A DNA stretch of 64,000 bases, taken from Gemmatimonadaceae bacterium (GTDB taxonomy: Bacteria > Gemmatimonadota > Gemmatimonadetes > Gemmatimonadales > Gemmatimonadaceae). The stretch lies in the NCBI GenBank assembly GCA_051859245.1, contig JBHYGA010000005.1, positions 480,001 to 544,000 on the forward strand, given 5' to 3'. Under the pieces are notes generated by a model. It had not been told where the DNA came from. It searched no databases and saw only the letters and a program-made list of their open reading frames with translations. The position numbers were made by a program, and so were the translations under genes. Of the stretch, positions 1 through 9,497 are shown piece after piece. How positions within the stretch are numbered: the first letter of the stretch is position 1; the number at the start of each line of letters is the position of its first letter.

Positions 1-242
1 CTCATGTCGGCGATCGCCAGCGTGCCGGTCGTCACGTTGAGTCCGTGATCCTCAATGCGCTCGTACGCCGCTTCGAGCACCTCCAGTTTGATAATGCCGG
101 AGAGTTTGGCTCGTTCGTACAACCCGTTAGCCGGACTGGCCACGATCGAGGCCGGTACACTCAGCGCCGCGGTATTCGCGGGCGCACTTTCGGCTGTGGG
201 CACCACCATGAACAACAACAAGACGACCAGCGCTGCGAGCAT
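1..242 (-). CDS. 5' part of a secreted protein, probably murein L,D-transpeptidase (YkuD_2-like); runs off the window
   Basis: Hand translation MLAALVVLLLFMVVPTAESA...LYERAKLSGIIKLEVLEAAYER...TLAIADMS; signal peptide plus the start of a YkuD_2-like region. Confidence 0.5.
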   Translation of the reverse strand, partial: MLAALVVLLLFMVVPTAESAPANTAALSVPASIVASPANGLYERAKLSGIIKLEVLEAAYERIEDHGLNVTTGTLAIADM

Positions 243-445
243 AGGCGCTCCGTGCGGAGCCGCGACGTGCGTCTCCGAAAATCGTGTGGATTGACTGTGT
301 GTGCGGCGGTCACGGGCGCGAGACGGCGGCCTCAGCAGTCAGCAGCGGGCTCCGGCGCCCTCTGGTAGATAACGACTCAGGGGGGCGGGCGATACCCGGG
401 GGTGTGACGGGGGTCGCCAAGGGTGAACGCGCAGTATCTTGACCA

Positions 446-1654
446 ATGTCCAATACTGACGAGACCGAACGGCTCGCCGGTCCCGCAGCTCGGCGCAACA
501 CCCTCGTCCAGGCGGCGGCATGGCCACTGCTTGCGTTGGCCGTTGCGTGCGCTGACCCCGCCGCCGACCGCCCCGCCGCTGTCGCGCAATACGAGCTCGT
601 GGAAGTTGCAACGATTGGCGGCGCGAGTGACGACAGCCCCAACGCGTTCGCGCGGATTGCGGGTGTGGGGCTCGTGCCAGGTGGGCGGATTGTCGTGCTC
701 GACAACGTGTATCACGAAGTGCGGCTGTTTGCGTCCGACGGCCGTTTTCTCAGTCGCGCTGGCCGCGAGGGGAGCGGACCAGGAGAGCTGCGCCGAGCGT
801 TCGGACTCGGTGTCGCTCCCGATGGCGTCATTTGGGTGCGCGACAACGGCAACGGCCGCTACGTGCGCTTTGCAGTGCAGGGTGATTCGCTCGTGACAAC
901 GAGTACGTTCACGCTGAGCGAAGGCGTGCAGGGCCCTGGCATTTCACCAACGTTCGACGCGAGTGGTCAACTCATTCACCTGGGACTCGCGCCCAGTGCG
1001 ACCGGTGGTGACATGATCCTCACGCGATTCACGGTGCCCGTTGCCGCGAGCGCACCTGCGGCGCGCGTTGCAGTGGTTGAGCCACCCGCGGATAGCATTG
1101 GACAATTCGCTGTGCCCATGGCCAGCGGCGAGACGCGCTATTTCTATCAGCCGTACGCGCCGAGCTTTTTGCAGGCGCATGCGAACGGTGGCGATTGGGC
1201 GCGGGCTGTGAGCAGCATCGCCACTGTTGAGCGGTACGATGCGGCCGGATCATTGATGCATCGCGTTACGGTCACACCTGAGCGCGTTATGTTGTCACCC
1301 GCCGAACAAGCACGTGCTGATTCGAACATCGCGCGTTCGCGCGACATGGCGGGACGCGAGTTGCCGTTCTCGGTGCCGGCACACAAACAGCCGCTGCGCA
1401 CGATCTACTTTGATCACGCCGGACGGCTCTGGGTGGAGCACAGTGTTGCCGAGGGCGCTCGACGGATAGCCGATGTGTTTGACGCGCGTGGTGCGTTGTT
1501 TGGTCGTGTCACGTGGCCCGCATCGATTGACGTGGGAGCCGGCGCGATGGGTGAAGAACTGATTGTTGGCGTGGCGCGCGACGAGATGGATGTGCAGCGG
1601 TTAGTCGTGTTGCGGATGCAGGTGGTGGGGGCCGGCACGGTGGAGACGCCGTGA
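446..1654 (+). CDS. Beta-propeller (6-bladed/NHL-like) lipoprotein
   Basis: Lipobox-like LAVAC; GREGSGPGE motif; DxxGRLWV blade repeats. Confidence 0.75.
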   Translation: MSNTDETERLAGPAARRNTLVQAAAWPLLALAVACADPAADRPAAVAQYELVEVATIGGASDDSPNAFARIAGVGLVPGGRIVVLDNVYHEVRLFASDGRFLSRAGREGSGPGELRRAFGLGVAPDGVIWVRDNGNGRYVRFAVQGDSLVTTSTFTLSEGVQGPGISPTFDASGQLIHLGLAPSATGGDMILTRFTVPVAASAPAARVAVVEPPADSIGQFAVPMASGETRYFYQPYAPSFLQAHANGGDWARAVSSIATVERYDAAGSLMHRVTVTPERVMLSPAEQARADSNIARSRDMAGRELPFSVPAHKQPLRTIYFDHAGRLWVEHSVAEGARRIADVFDARGALFGRVTWPASIDVGAGAMGEELIVGVARDEMDVQRLVVLRMQVVGAGTVETP

Positions 1655-1664
1655 GCGTCGACCG

Positions 1665-2012
1665 CTACGTGTTGCTCACAACACGCCGCTTCTTCGCGCG
1701 TTCCGCGGCCAGTCGATCAGCAAGGAACACCTTGAGCAAACTCTGATACGGCACATCGCGCTGATTTGCGAGTACCTTGAGCTCTTCAAGCATGCCTTCG
1801 GGAAGGCGCAGCGAAATGGTCGCGGTGCTTGGCTTCAGGTTGGGCAGGCGAACGGGTTTGGCGTTCGACCAATCCACATATTCGATCGAGTCTTCTGTCT
1901 GCCAGAAGTCGCGCTCGTCTGCCTCGGAGCTGAACGTCGGCGCATCTGCTTGCATCGGTGCCGCGACTTCGCGTACGCGCGCGGGCTTGTCAGTCTTCTT
2001 CGGTTTCGACAT
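1665..2012 (-). CDS. brnA: BrnA/CopG-family antitoxin
   Basis: FSSEADERDFW...NLKPST.TISLRLP...DVPYQSLLK pattern. Confidence 0.85.
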   Translation of the reverse strand: MSKPKKTDKPARVREVAAPMQADAPTFSSEADERDFWQTEDSIEYVDWSNAKPVRLPNLKPSTATISLRLPEGMLEELKVLANQRDVPYQSLLKVFLADRLAAERAKKRRVVSNT

Positions 2013-2100
2013 TGGCGTACACCTCGCGCTCACGGCGACTCATGGGGCGCGCGGAGATCACCCGAATCCGGGACCCGCGCAGGGTAAAGACGACAGGAAC
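1990..2100 (-). pseudogene. brnT: BrnT toxin, C-terminal remnant
   Basis: Hand translation VVFTLRGSRIRVISARPMSRREREVYANVETEED*; overlaps the brnA start; no N-terminus or start codon. Confidence 0.8.
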
Positions 2101-2101
2101 C

Positions 2102-2590
2102 TTACGGCGTTATGCCAATCACCGCCATGCCGGCCTTGACTGCCAACGCGTCTTCGGAGCCACGCGCACCACTGGCACTGAATGCACCAATCACCGCGCC
2201 GCCGCGACGGAGCAACAGACCACCCTCGTAGTTTGTCGCGCCTTCAATGGGTTGACGCTTGCCCTCTTTCACCGCGTTTGCGTAGTCGAGTGTGTGCATG
2301 CCTGACGTAATCGCGGTGTGCGTTTTCTGCACGGCGATTTCGTAGTTGCGCAGGGGCACGCCATCCATGCGACGCAGGTAGATGGGTTTGTTGTCGGCGT
2401 CGGTGATCAGGAAGACGAGCTTCCATCCGTTCTTCACCGCTTCGGCCTCGGCGGCGTCAACGGCGCGCTTGGCTTCGTCGAGCGTGATGCGCGCAGCGAG
2501 CGGTGGCGCGGGCTGCTGCGCGTGTGCGGGCGCGGCGACGGCGATCGCGACAAGGAGCGTGGCGAGGCGGGGGAGGGTGAGCAGGCGCAT
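2102..2590 (-). CDS. GlcG/HbpS-family heme-binding protein, exported
   Basis: Signal peptide; ITLDEAK, RMDG, AVQKTHTA, GGL...IGAFSASGA..EDA motifs. Confidence 0.85.
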   Translation of the reverse strand: MRLLTLPRLATLLVAIAVAAPAHAQQPAPPLAARITLDEAKRAVDAAEAEAVKNGWKLVFLITDADNKPIYLRRMDGVPLRNYEIAVQKTHTAITSGMHTLDYANAVKEGKRQPIEGATNYEGGLLLRRGGAVIGAFSASGARGSEDALAVKAGMAVIGITP

Positions 2591-2641
2591 GGCGTGGTGG
2601 GCTGGAGTGTGAAGAAGGGGGATGCAACTGCTTTCGCGCGA

Positions 2642-2950
2642 TTAACTGCGCACGAACATTCGGAGTGCTGCGTAGTCATGCCCGTCGGCCTGTCGGAGCG
2701 CGTCGATATACAGGGCACGAAGCGTGGCTGTGGGCACCGGCTGATTGGCGCCCCAGGAGAACCGTGGTCGGCCCCATGAACGCAGCGCAAGATCCGCTGC
2801 TAGTCGCGCGTGCCGTCCGTTGCCATTCGGCCACGGATGGATCAACACCAACTGATGATGGTACCGCGCGGCGATGTCATCTACTACGCCGTCAAGTTGG
2901 TAATACCCAATCGTCAACCGATAGTTTGATAGAACATCTCTAAGAATCAA
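2642..2950 (-). pseudogene. Fic-family ('mobile mystery protein B'-like) C-terminal fragment
   Basis: HHQLVLIHPWPNGNGRHARL Fic motif; only about 100 aa, N-terminal half missing. Confidence 0.7.
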
Positions 2951-3049
2951 CCTATACCTTGATACGATAGCGTCTTACTCCCGCCCGCAGTCGCCAGCGC
3001 TAAGAGTTCCGGCAGATCGAAGGTGGCGCGTCACGTACCACGAAAGTCG

Positions 3050-3388
3050 CTACGCAGACTCCAGAATGCGTCTGACTTCCCGCTGTAGCAGTGGAATGTT
3101 GGTCTGAAGTACTCGCCACACGATGTCGAGGTCGACGCCGAAGTAGTCGTGAATCAATCGGTCGCGCATGCCCGCCATCGCGCGCCATTGTACGGATGGA
3201 GTTGCCTCGCGAACGTCACGCGGAACGCGCTTGGATGCCTCACCGATGATCTCCAAACTTCGCACGATCGCACGTTGCACGATTGGATCCTCATCAAGCG
3301 CCTCCCGTGTTAGCGTAGCGCTAATCTCTGAGAGGAAGTCCGCTTCAATGAGGATGTGCCTGAGAACCTCACGCGGCTCGTAGGACAT
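3050..3388 (-). CDS. HepT-like (DUF86) HEPN ribonuclease toxin
   Basis: [24 protein letters not shown] (Rx4HxY). Confidence 0.92.
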   Translation of the reverse strand: MSYEPREVLRHILIEADFLSEISATLTREALDEDPIVQRAIVRSLEIIGEASKRVPRDVREATPSVQWRAMAGMRDRLIHDYFGVDLDIVWRVLQTNIPLLQREVRRILESA

Positions 3389-3686
3389 CCACTGAGTCGG
3401 CGATAATGTGCGGCCTCAGAAAAGGAGATAGCCCCTCTAGCGTGACCAACTCGACGCGTCGCTCCAAAACCGATTCGAGCAGCTCTCCCAGTGCGACTAA
3501 ATGCTCCAGCGATTTCTGATCAGGTTCGAACTCCACAAGCAGATCGACGTCGCTCTCCGGGTGTGCTTCGTTCCGGCGTACGGAACCAAATAATGCCAGC
3601 CGCCTGACGCCGAGCGTACGGATCTGCGACTCGATGCTGGTCAGCCGGTCCTGGACATCGGCGAGCGAGGGCGTGGTGGCGATCAT
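3369..3686 (-). CDS. MntA-like minimal nucleotidyltransferase antitoxin
   Basis: [20 protein letters not shown]; overlaps the HEPN gene. Confidence 0.92.
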   Translation of the reverse strand: MIATTPSLADVQDRLTSIESQIRTLGVRRLALFGSVRRNEAHPESDVDLLVEFEPDQKSLEHLVALGELLESVLERRVELVTLEGLSPFLRPHIIADSVDVLRAA

Positions 3687-3769
3687 ATGCTGAATCTACG
3701 CAGCGTTCGCGTGGTCCGTGAGGCCAGTGTCCGCACGGTGGCCCAAGCCAAGGTGGGGACCAGTGGGCC

Positions 3770-4033
3770 TCATTCGCGCTCGCCGGCAACCTTCGCAAAG
3801 AACTCAACCAGATCCATCGTCAGCGGCGCGCGTGCTCCGGCCAGCGCCCACGTGAGCGCGTCGCTGCACACCTCCGGCCGTTCATCGTTTAGGCGCCACC
3901 GTTCAATCACGCGTGCGTCGGTATCCACGATCTAATACTCCGACGCGCCGAACGCCTGATACATGTGCCGCTTCCGCCAGCGGTCGCGACGCGCGGTGGA
4001 CGGTGAGAGCACCTCCACGGCGAGCCACAGCGC
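3770..4033 (-). pseudogene. Uma2-family endonuclease, C-terminal remnant with internal stop
   Basis: Hand translation ALWLAVEVLSPSTARRDRWRKRHMYQAFGASEY*IVDTDARVIERW...; TAG at 3932-3934 where the paralogues have Trp. Confidence 0.8.
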
Positions 4034-4035
4034 CT

Positions 4036-5112
4036 TCATAGCGCATCCGCAATCCGCGCAATCTCCTCAGCCTCACGCCACGCAGCTTCAAGCGCTGCAA
4101 GTTCGCCATCCATTGCGCGTCGCTCTGCTTCTTCGTGCAGCGCCATCTCCAGCGCAAGTCGTTCAGTGGCCGGCAGCTTGTGGAGCGATTGTGCGCGTTC
4201 TGCTTCAGGCACGGTCTGGTCCAGATTGAATGCCTCCTGCCAATCGATGGCGCGACGACCACGTCGTGACGCGACCGACTGCAGCAGTTGATCCGGTCCA
4301 CCTGACGATTCGATCAGCGAGACCGCGTCGCTGATGTGCGATTTGCCCGCACCAAATCGGTTGACGGCGGGCAATAACTGCTGCGCGGCGCGCACTGCGG
4401 ACGTTCCCGTAAGCACCACTTGTTCACCCGCATAAAACGGAACTCCCAGGCCTCCGCGCAGTTTCTCAGTGTGATGGTGGAGATACAGCGCAAACGTACC
4501 GCCCGTCACATGTGGTTGCAGCAGTGATGAACGGCGCGCATCCTGTCGTTCCACGCGCAGCACCTCGCCGTGATCGTTGCGCACGCGCGCGACCACTGTG
4601 CCGGGACGTCCGTGCACCGAGTCGCCACCCAGGCGGTAGTCGGGCTCTGTGACGAATCGTTTGATTGTAGTGATCACCGCGCTCGTGAGGATGCCAACAC
4701 CAAGCATGCTCGCGCCGGCCGCAAATGCCGCTGCTGTTGCCGGTACGGCTACTGCGGCCATCGCAATTCGCTTACGACGTCGCCGTCCGAACTGGTCGCC
4801 ATACCGCCACGCCGCGAACTCCGGGCGCAGTGGTGCGCCAATACGAATCAGGTCAATGCCGCCCGCAGCGCGCGCCAATGAAATTTCTCCAGTGGCCACA
4901 CGCGTGCGAGATGCGCGGAACAGGCGCTCACAACTTTCCACGCCCTCCCAGCGCTCGTGCATCGGAATGAGATTCCATCTGTCGCACGCTCGGCACACGA
5001 CCCATAGCCGACCCGTGCGCGCGTTGAACGCCAAGCGCCGTCCAATAGGCGTGGCTTCAATGACATCGTTACGCGGCAGCGTCGCGGCGCAGAAGAAGCA
5101 GGTGCTAAACAC
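4036..5112 (-). CDS. Hypothetical protein with N-terminal Zn-finger (CxxC...CxxC) and a hydrophobic segment
   Basis: 358 aa ORF; CFFC and CRAC pairs; C-terminal coiled coil. Confidence 0.7.
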   Translation of the reverse strand: MFSTCFFCAATLPRNDVIEATPIGRRLAFNARTGRLWVVCRACDRWNLIPMHERWEGVESCERLFRASRTRVATGEISLARAAGGIDLIRIGAPLRPEFAAWRYGDQFGRRRRKRIAMAAVAVPATAAAFAAGASMLGVGILTSAVITTIKRFVTEPDYRLGGDSVHGRPGTVVARVRNDHGEVLRVERQDARRSSLLQPHVTGGTFALYLHHHTEKLRGGLGVPFYAGEQVVLTGTSAVRAAQQLLPAVNRFGAGKSHISDAVSLIESSGGPDQLLQSVASRRGRRAIDWQEAFNLDQTVPEAERAQSLHKLPATERLALEMALHEEAERRAMDGELAALEAAWREAEEIARIADAL

Positions 5113-5141
5113 AGTCGCGAAGCTAGTTGCTGCTTCGATGA

Positions 5142-5696
5142 CTATGCAAACAGCGCATCCAGCTCGATGGTGAGCAGTGGTGCGTTGTCAGATGGCGCCC
5201 ACTCAATACTTGTGTTGAGCAACTGAGGAAACTCCGATTGCGGCGTCCATCGCTCAAGGGACTTCGCGTCGATGTCAACAAGCCACACTTCCGCAACACC
5301 GTGCGCGAGATACGCGGGACGTTTCCGGTATCGGTCGATGTGCCTGGTGGACGGGCCCAGGATTTCGATCACGAGCGGTGGTGGTTCCATGGCATGCCAT
5401 TCTGATGCCAGGCCGCTGGTGGGGATTTCGTACACGACAAGATCGGGTATCAGCCATGAGGTTTGGCCCATGGGCAAACCGCCTGGCGCGAAGCATTCCC
5501 AGGCACGGTGCGAATTGCACCAGACGCCCAGACTGGAGATGAATCGAGTGACAACACGTTGATGCCATAGCGTCGGCCTCGGCGTCACCAATAACTCGCC
5601 GTGTAAGATCTCGTAGCGGTTGCCGTCCCTGGGCAACTGCTCGAGATCGTTCACCGTCCAGAGCGATCTCCGCGGGATGGGCTTGGAGCTGGGCAT
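5142..5696 (-). CDS. Uma2-family (DUF820) endonuclease
   Basis: RYEILHGELLVTP, PDLVV, VIEILGPST..DR..K..Y...GV.EVWLVD. Confidence 0.9.
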   Translation of the reverse strand: MPSSKPIPRRSLWTVNDLEQLPRDGNRYEILHGELLVTPRPTLWHQRVVTRFISSLGVWCNSHRAWECFAPGGLPMGQTSWLIPDLVVYEIPTSGLASEWHAMEPPPLVIEILGPSTRHIDRYRKRPAYLAHGVAEVWLVDIDAKSLERWTPQSEFPQLLNTSIEWAPSDNAPLLTIELDALFA

Positions 5697-5778
5697 GGTC
5701 AAACGATCGGCTCGGCGAACCAGAGTGCGCAAGGGGCGAACATGCGCCGAGGATAGCGCTGGACAGGCGGAACGACTC

Positions 5779-5997
5779 TCAGCCAGCGATGCGCTCCAGC
5801 TCCCCGGGCAGACCGTTAACAATCAGACGCTGCATGGCAACCTTCTCGCTTGCGTTATCGATGTCTATGCCGACCAGGTTGCCTGCGGCGTCGTAGTCCA
5901 GCACAATGCCCTCGGAAACCTCGCGGCTTTCAACACTCGTTTGCTCCGAGAGGTCGATGTAGAGCGAATCAGTATCGCGATGATAGTTGAGCTTCAT
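5779..5997 (-). CDS. DUF2283 putative antitoxin
   Basis: YHRDTDSLYIDL...GIVLDYD..GNLVGIDI. Confidence 0.88.
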   Translation of the reverse strand: MKLNYHRDTDSLYIDLSEQTSVESREVSEGIVLDYDAAGNLVGIDIDNASEKVAMQRLIVNGLPGELERIAG

Positions 5998-6236
5998 GGC
6001 TTGAATCCCCGGTCGGGAAACGCGTTGTGAATCGTGCGCTGATCTGCGAGAGTGACGACCCGCAGGTACCGCCCATCAAGTTCTGGAATCGGTGCCCAAA
6101 ATCGCCACCGATTGTGTTCTTGGCGTTCGCTCCTCACAGGTGAAAGCACCACGCGAATGCACCATTCTCGCCGGAGATACGGCCGCTTTCGGAGGACATT
6201 CTCCTCGAAGTACTCCGTAAACTGAAAGTCTATCAC
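5994..6236 (-). CDS. Small putative RNase toxin (RelE/BrnT-like) paired with DUF2283
   Basis: 80 aa; RYLRVVTL...IHNAFPDR; 4-nt overlap with the DUF2283 gene. Confidence 0.7.
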   Translation of the reverse strand: MIDFQFTEYFEENVLRKRPYLRREWCIRVVLSPVRSERQEHNRWRFWAPIPELDGRYLRVVTLADQRTIHNAFPDRGFKP

Positions 6237-6454
6237 TTGAATCTAACCCTTCATTGTCATAGTGCCGCCGGGAACAAGCGACACACTACGGCTGAACTGG
6301 GCCAGGCCGTCATCATTTCCACGCGCGCGACATCGACTTCGAGCGACGATGGCTCACTCGCTCGGGAACGTCCACTACGTATCCTGACGTATCGCCCACG
6401 CTCCGTGAGACGCGCAGTTTGTACGCGTTCCTCACAACCACGGAGGCGGTGACC

Positions 6455-7195
6455 ATGAACGAACGCACGCACGCATCACGTCGTATCACACAGTTCAGCC
6501 CGGTTCGGCAACTCGCGTGCACGCTGGCGATCGGTTGCACGCTGATCATCGTGCCACTCCTTGGTGCGCAGACCTGCGTGGGGCTGCCGGCTCCGGACGC
6601 TGGCCGCGTGCAACTCGGCGCCGGCTATGCGTCGAGGCCTGAGACCGACCAGTACGCTCTGAGTGCCGGCGGCGTGAGTGCGTCGCTCTTTGGTCAGCTT
6701 GCCACCACCACGAGCAACTATGACGGCACTACTGATTTCGCGTTGCAGGGAAGCGCGAATCTTGGGCTTCGTGTGCCGCTTTCCACCGGCCGTCTACTGG
6801 AGCTGTGTCCGATCGTGAGCGGTGCGCTCGGCGGCATTTTCCGTCATCCAGAGGATCGTCCGCCGAGTGAACCAAGCAGGCGCGCGGAACGCATCGCGTC
6901 AACGCGTGAAGCGCGTGCGGGCCTGGCGTTGGGGTATCGCGTGAAGGTGGGTCGCCGCTTCACAGTGATTCCGTCACTCAGCGCGAACGTCGCCCACGCG
7001 TCACTCCGTCAACCGAATACCGGATTCAGCATTTCGGATACCTACGGACTGATGGGCGTCTCGGTTGGACTCGTGATGGGCCCGCGGTTCACGGCGCATC
7101 CCTACGTGTGGCTGCCTGTGGGACTGGAAGGCGCGCCGCGTACTGTGGGGCTCGCGTACACGGTGTCGCTCTGGCCTAGGCGGACGTCGATATGA
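6455..7195 (+). CDS. Exported protein, probable outer-membrane beta-barrel
   Basis: GGAGG RBS, signal peptide, alternating amphipathic strands. Confidence 0.6.
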   Translation: MNERTHASRRITQFSPVRQLACTLAIGCTLIIVPLLGAQTCVGLPAPDAGRVQLGAGYASRPETDQYALSAGGVSASLFGQLATTTSNYDGTTDFALQGSANLGLRVPLSTGRLLELCPIVSGALGGIFRHPEDRPPSEPSRRAERIASTREARAGLALGYRVKVGRRFTVIPSLSANVAHASLRQPNTGFSISDTYGLMGVSVGLVMGPRFTAHPYVWLPVGLEGAPRTVGLAYTVSLWPRRTSI

Positions 7196-7704
7196 GGCGT
7201 GTTGGTGTGTTCCTCAGCGTGCTGTTGTGCGCGTGTTACAGCCGACCCAATCCCGTGCTGGTGCAGCGCCCGACGCCAGACCCGGCAGGAATCGGCGGGA
7301 CGTATTGTTATCGCTCTGCTGCGCTCAATGTGCGTGGCGTTCGGCCGCAAGCCTCGGGGTTCACGGGCATTCCGATGCGACAAGTGGCCGACAGTTCTCG
7401 GCTCGACGTTGCTGTCATCGACAGTACCGTGTTTGTCAGTTACACGGACGTCTCAAGCCTGCAGCGTAAAACGGTCTTGTTGCCGATCACTGGCCCGGCG
7501 AGCGGGGAGCTGCGCATTGAACTGCCCAATCGGGGTGGAGGCGCGTCGTTGGGCATTGGTTCGGCGAAGCGCTGGATGACGCTCACGCGCGGGACCGACG
7601 GTACGCTGGTGTACATCGAATGGTATCAGGAAAAGGCGTTAGCGTTCTTCCTGATACCGATGCACGAGACAACAGCGCGGAGTGTGGTGTTTGAGCGGTG
7701 CTGA
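7192..7704 (+). CDS. Hypothetical lipoprotein
   Basis: MRRVGVFLSVLLCAC lipobox; ATGA overlap with the upstream gene. Confidence 0.6.
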   Translation: MRRVGVFLSVLLCACYSRPNPVLVQRPTPDPAGIGGTYCYRSAALNVRGVRPQASGFTGIPMRQVADSSRLDVAVIDSTVFVSYTDVSSLQRKTVLLPITGPASGELRIELPNRGGGASLGIGSAKRWMTLTRGTDGTLVYIEWYQEKALAFFLIPMHETTARSVVFERC

Positions 7705-7769
7705 CGATGCCTGCTAGTCACGCAGCAGTAGGTTCGGCGACGAAGTTCGCGCGAGACGCGAGAATGCGC

Positions 7770-8100
7770 CGACATGGAGCCGAGCACCTTTCGACTCGCG
7801 GTGCGTGCGTACTGGAACGACTGCATTTCACGCAGCTCACGTTCAATGTGATGCGGCGCAATGTTGAGTGCGTGCAGTGACTCAGCGAGTGCCTCGAGCA
7901 AACGATTGTGCAACTGCGTGAGATCACGGGCTGGCGTGAGCACGCAGAACAGACTGCGCTCGCTGGTGAGCAGCACGAGTCGCAGGCGCCCGACGTTCAG
8001 CCGATTCGCGTACCAATCGCCAAGCACCGTGGTGGCGGCCGATAGCTCGTCGCGAGAGGGCGACTGCTTGAGGCGGTCGAGCAGGGCTTGGGTGCAGCGG
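7770..8100 (-). pseudogene. DUF6933-like fragment
   Basis: RCTQALL...LGDWYAN...SRKVLGSM; no in-frame start before RCT; family resemblance lost after VLGSM. Confidence 0.6.
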
Positions 8101-8101
8101 A

Positions 8102-8656
8102 CTAGGCGAACAGCGCAGCAAGCTCGATAGTGAGCATTGGTGCGTTGTCAGGCGGCATCCAAGCAATTGAAGTGTGGTGCAGCTGCGGGAACTCCGATAG
8201 CGCCGTCCACCGCTCGACGGCCTGCGCGTCGATATCAACCAGCCACACCTCCGCGACACCGTGCGCGAGATATGCGGGACGTTTGTGGTGTCGATCGCGC
8301 TTGACGGTGGACGGGCTCAGGATCTCGATCACCAACGCAGGCGGCTGCATTTGACGCCAATCGGCCACGGGTCCGCTTTCTGGCACCTTCTGCACGGAAA
8401 AATCGGGTTCCAGCCAGGATGTTTTGCTGATGTACACACCGCCGGGCGTGAAGCACTCCCAGCCTGGCGCTTGTTTGCACCACTGCGAAAACTCTCCTGC
8501 CAGACGGAACGCAACGCGTTGGTGCCACGCCGAAGGCATCGGCGTCACCAGCAGTTCGCCGTGCAGGATCTCGTAGCGGTTGCCGTCGTCGGGCAACTGT
8601 TCGAGATCGTCCACCGTCCAGAGCGATCGCGGCGGTATGGGCGTGGAGAGCGACAT
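8102..8656 (-). CDS. Uma2-family endonuclease, paralogue of 5142-5696
   Basis: Same motifs and same length; aligns at an offset of 2960 nt. Confidence 0.9.
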   Translation of the reverse strand: MSLSTPIPPRSLWTVDDLEQLPDDGNRYEILHGELLVTPMPSAWHQRVAFRLAGEFSQWCKQAPGWECFTPGGVYISKTSWLEPDFSVQKVPESGPVADWRQMQPPALVIEILSPSTVKRDRHHKRPAYLAHGVAEVWLVDIDAQAVERWTALSEFPQLHHTSIAWMPPDNAPMLTIELAALFA

Positions 8657-8770
8657 GGCCATACGATCGGCTCGGCGAGGGAGTGTGCGCAAGGGGCGAA
8701 CATTCGCCGAGGATAGCACTGGAGTGGCGTCGCGCTCGTACCCAAACGTTGCGTGAGGAACCATTGATCT

Positions 8771-8784
8771 GTGTAACGTTACAC
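8771..8784. promoter_or_regulatory. Perfect 14-bp palindrome, probable HigA operator
   Basis: GTGTAACGTTACAC just upstream of the higB remnant and higA. Confidence 0.65.
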
Positions 8785-8795
8785 CTTACACTTGC

Positions 8796-8843
8796 ATGAG
8801 GATCAAATGGTTCAAGCATCGCGGGTTTACGCGCCTCTACCAG
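8796..8843 (+). pseudogene. higB: HigB toxin, N-terminal remnant
   Basis: Hand translation MRIKWFKHRGFTRLYQ, then homology ends just before higA. Confidence 0.7.
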
Positions 8844-8865
8844 CTCAGCTCCAGGAGACGTACAT

Positions 8866-9165
8866 ATGGCAACGCGCAACCCTCCCCACCCGGGTCAGTT
8901 CATCCGCGAGGAGATCCTTGAGTCCAACGACCTCACGGTGGGCGAAGCGGCCGAGCATCTTGGGGTGGCGCGCCCGACGCTCTCTCATCTGCTGAACGGC
9001 AAGGCCGACCTGTCGGCAGAGATGGCGCTGCGGATCGAGCAGGTGTTCGGGATCCGGATGAAGACCCTGTTAGCCATGCAATCGGCGTATGACGAAGCAC
9101 AAGTTCGTCAACGAGTGCCCAAGCTTCGGCTCAAGCCCTACAAGGTTGCGCGCCCCCGCGCCTGA
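8866..9165 (+). CDS. higA: HigA antitoxin (HTH)
   Basis: NPPHPGQFIREEIL...LGVARPTLS.LLNGKA.LSAEMALR..MQ.AYD. Confidence 0.92.
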   Translation: MATRNPPHPGQFIREEILESNDLTVGEAAEHLGVARPTLSHLLNGKADLSAEMALRIEQVFGIRMKTLLAMQSAYDEAQVRQRVPKLRLKPYKVARPRA

Positions 9166-9189
9166 GACACGCTGTTGGCTTGCAGCGGG

Positions 9190-9411
9190 CTATGCGCACT
9201 CGCCGCGCTTCGCGATAGCGTCGATCACCGCTTCCCACGGCTCTCCAGGGTCGCCGTCAGATTCGAGCGCGGCACGGCGACTTCGCAGCTCGGCGGTTTG
9301 CGCCTCATCCGGCCCGATGTTCGCCGGTTCCACGCTGTCCGAGAGTTGCTCCGCGAGCTGACTGCGCTCGTCGGGCGTGAGGTGGCTGAAGTCGATAAGT
9401 GGCGCGCTCAT
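9190..9411 (-). CDS. Addiction-module antitoxin component (orphan)
   Basis: LTPDERSQLAEQL.DS...AEL..R...GEPWE.V pattern; no ParE/RelE partner recognisable downstream. Confidence 0.75.
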   Translation of the reverse strand: MSAPLIDFSHLTPDERSQLAEQLSDSVEPANIGPDEAQTAELRSRRAALESDGDPGEPWEAVIDAIAKRGECA

Positions 9412-9497
9412 ACCTGAAGCTTGCACCTGCGGATCGACCACGCAAGGCGGGCTCGATGGCCTGCGTGAAAATGCTTCGGCTCTGGAAGAAATTGGTT

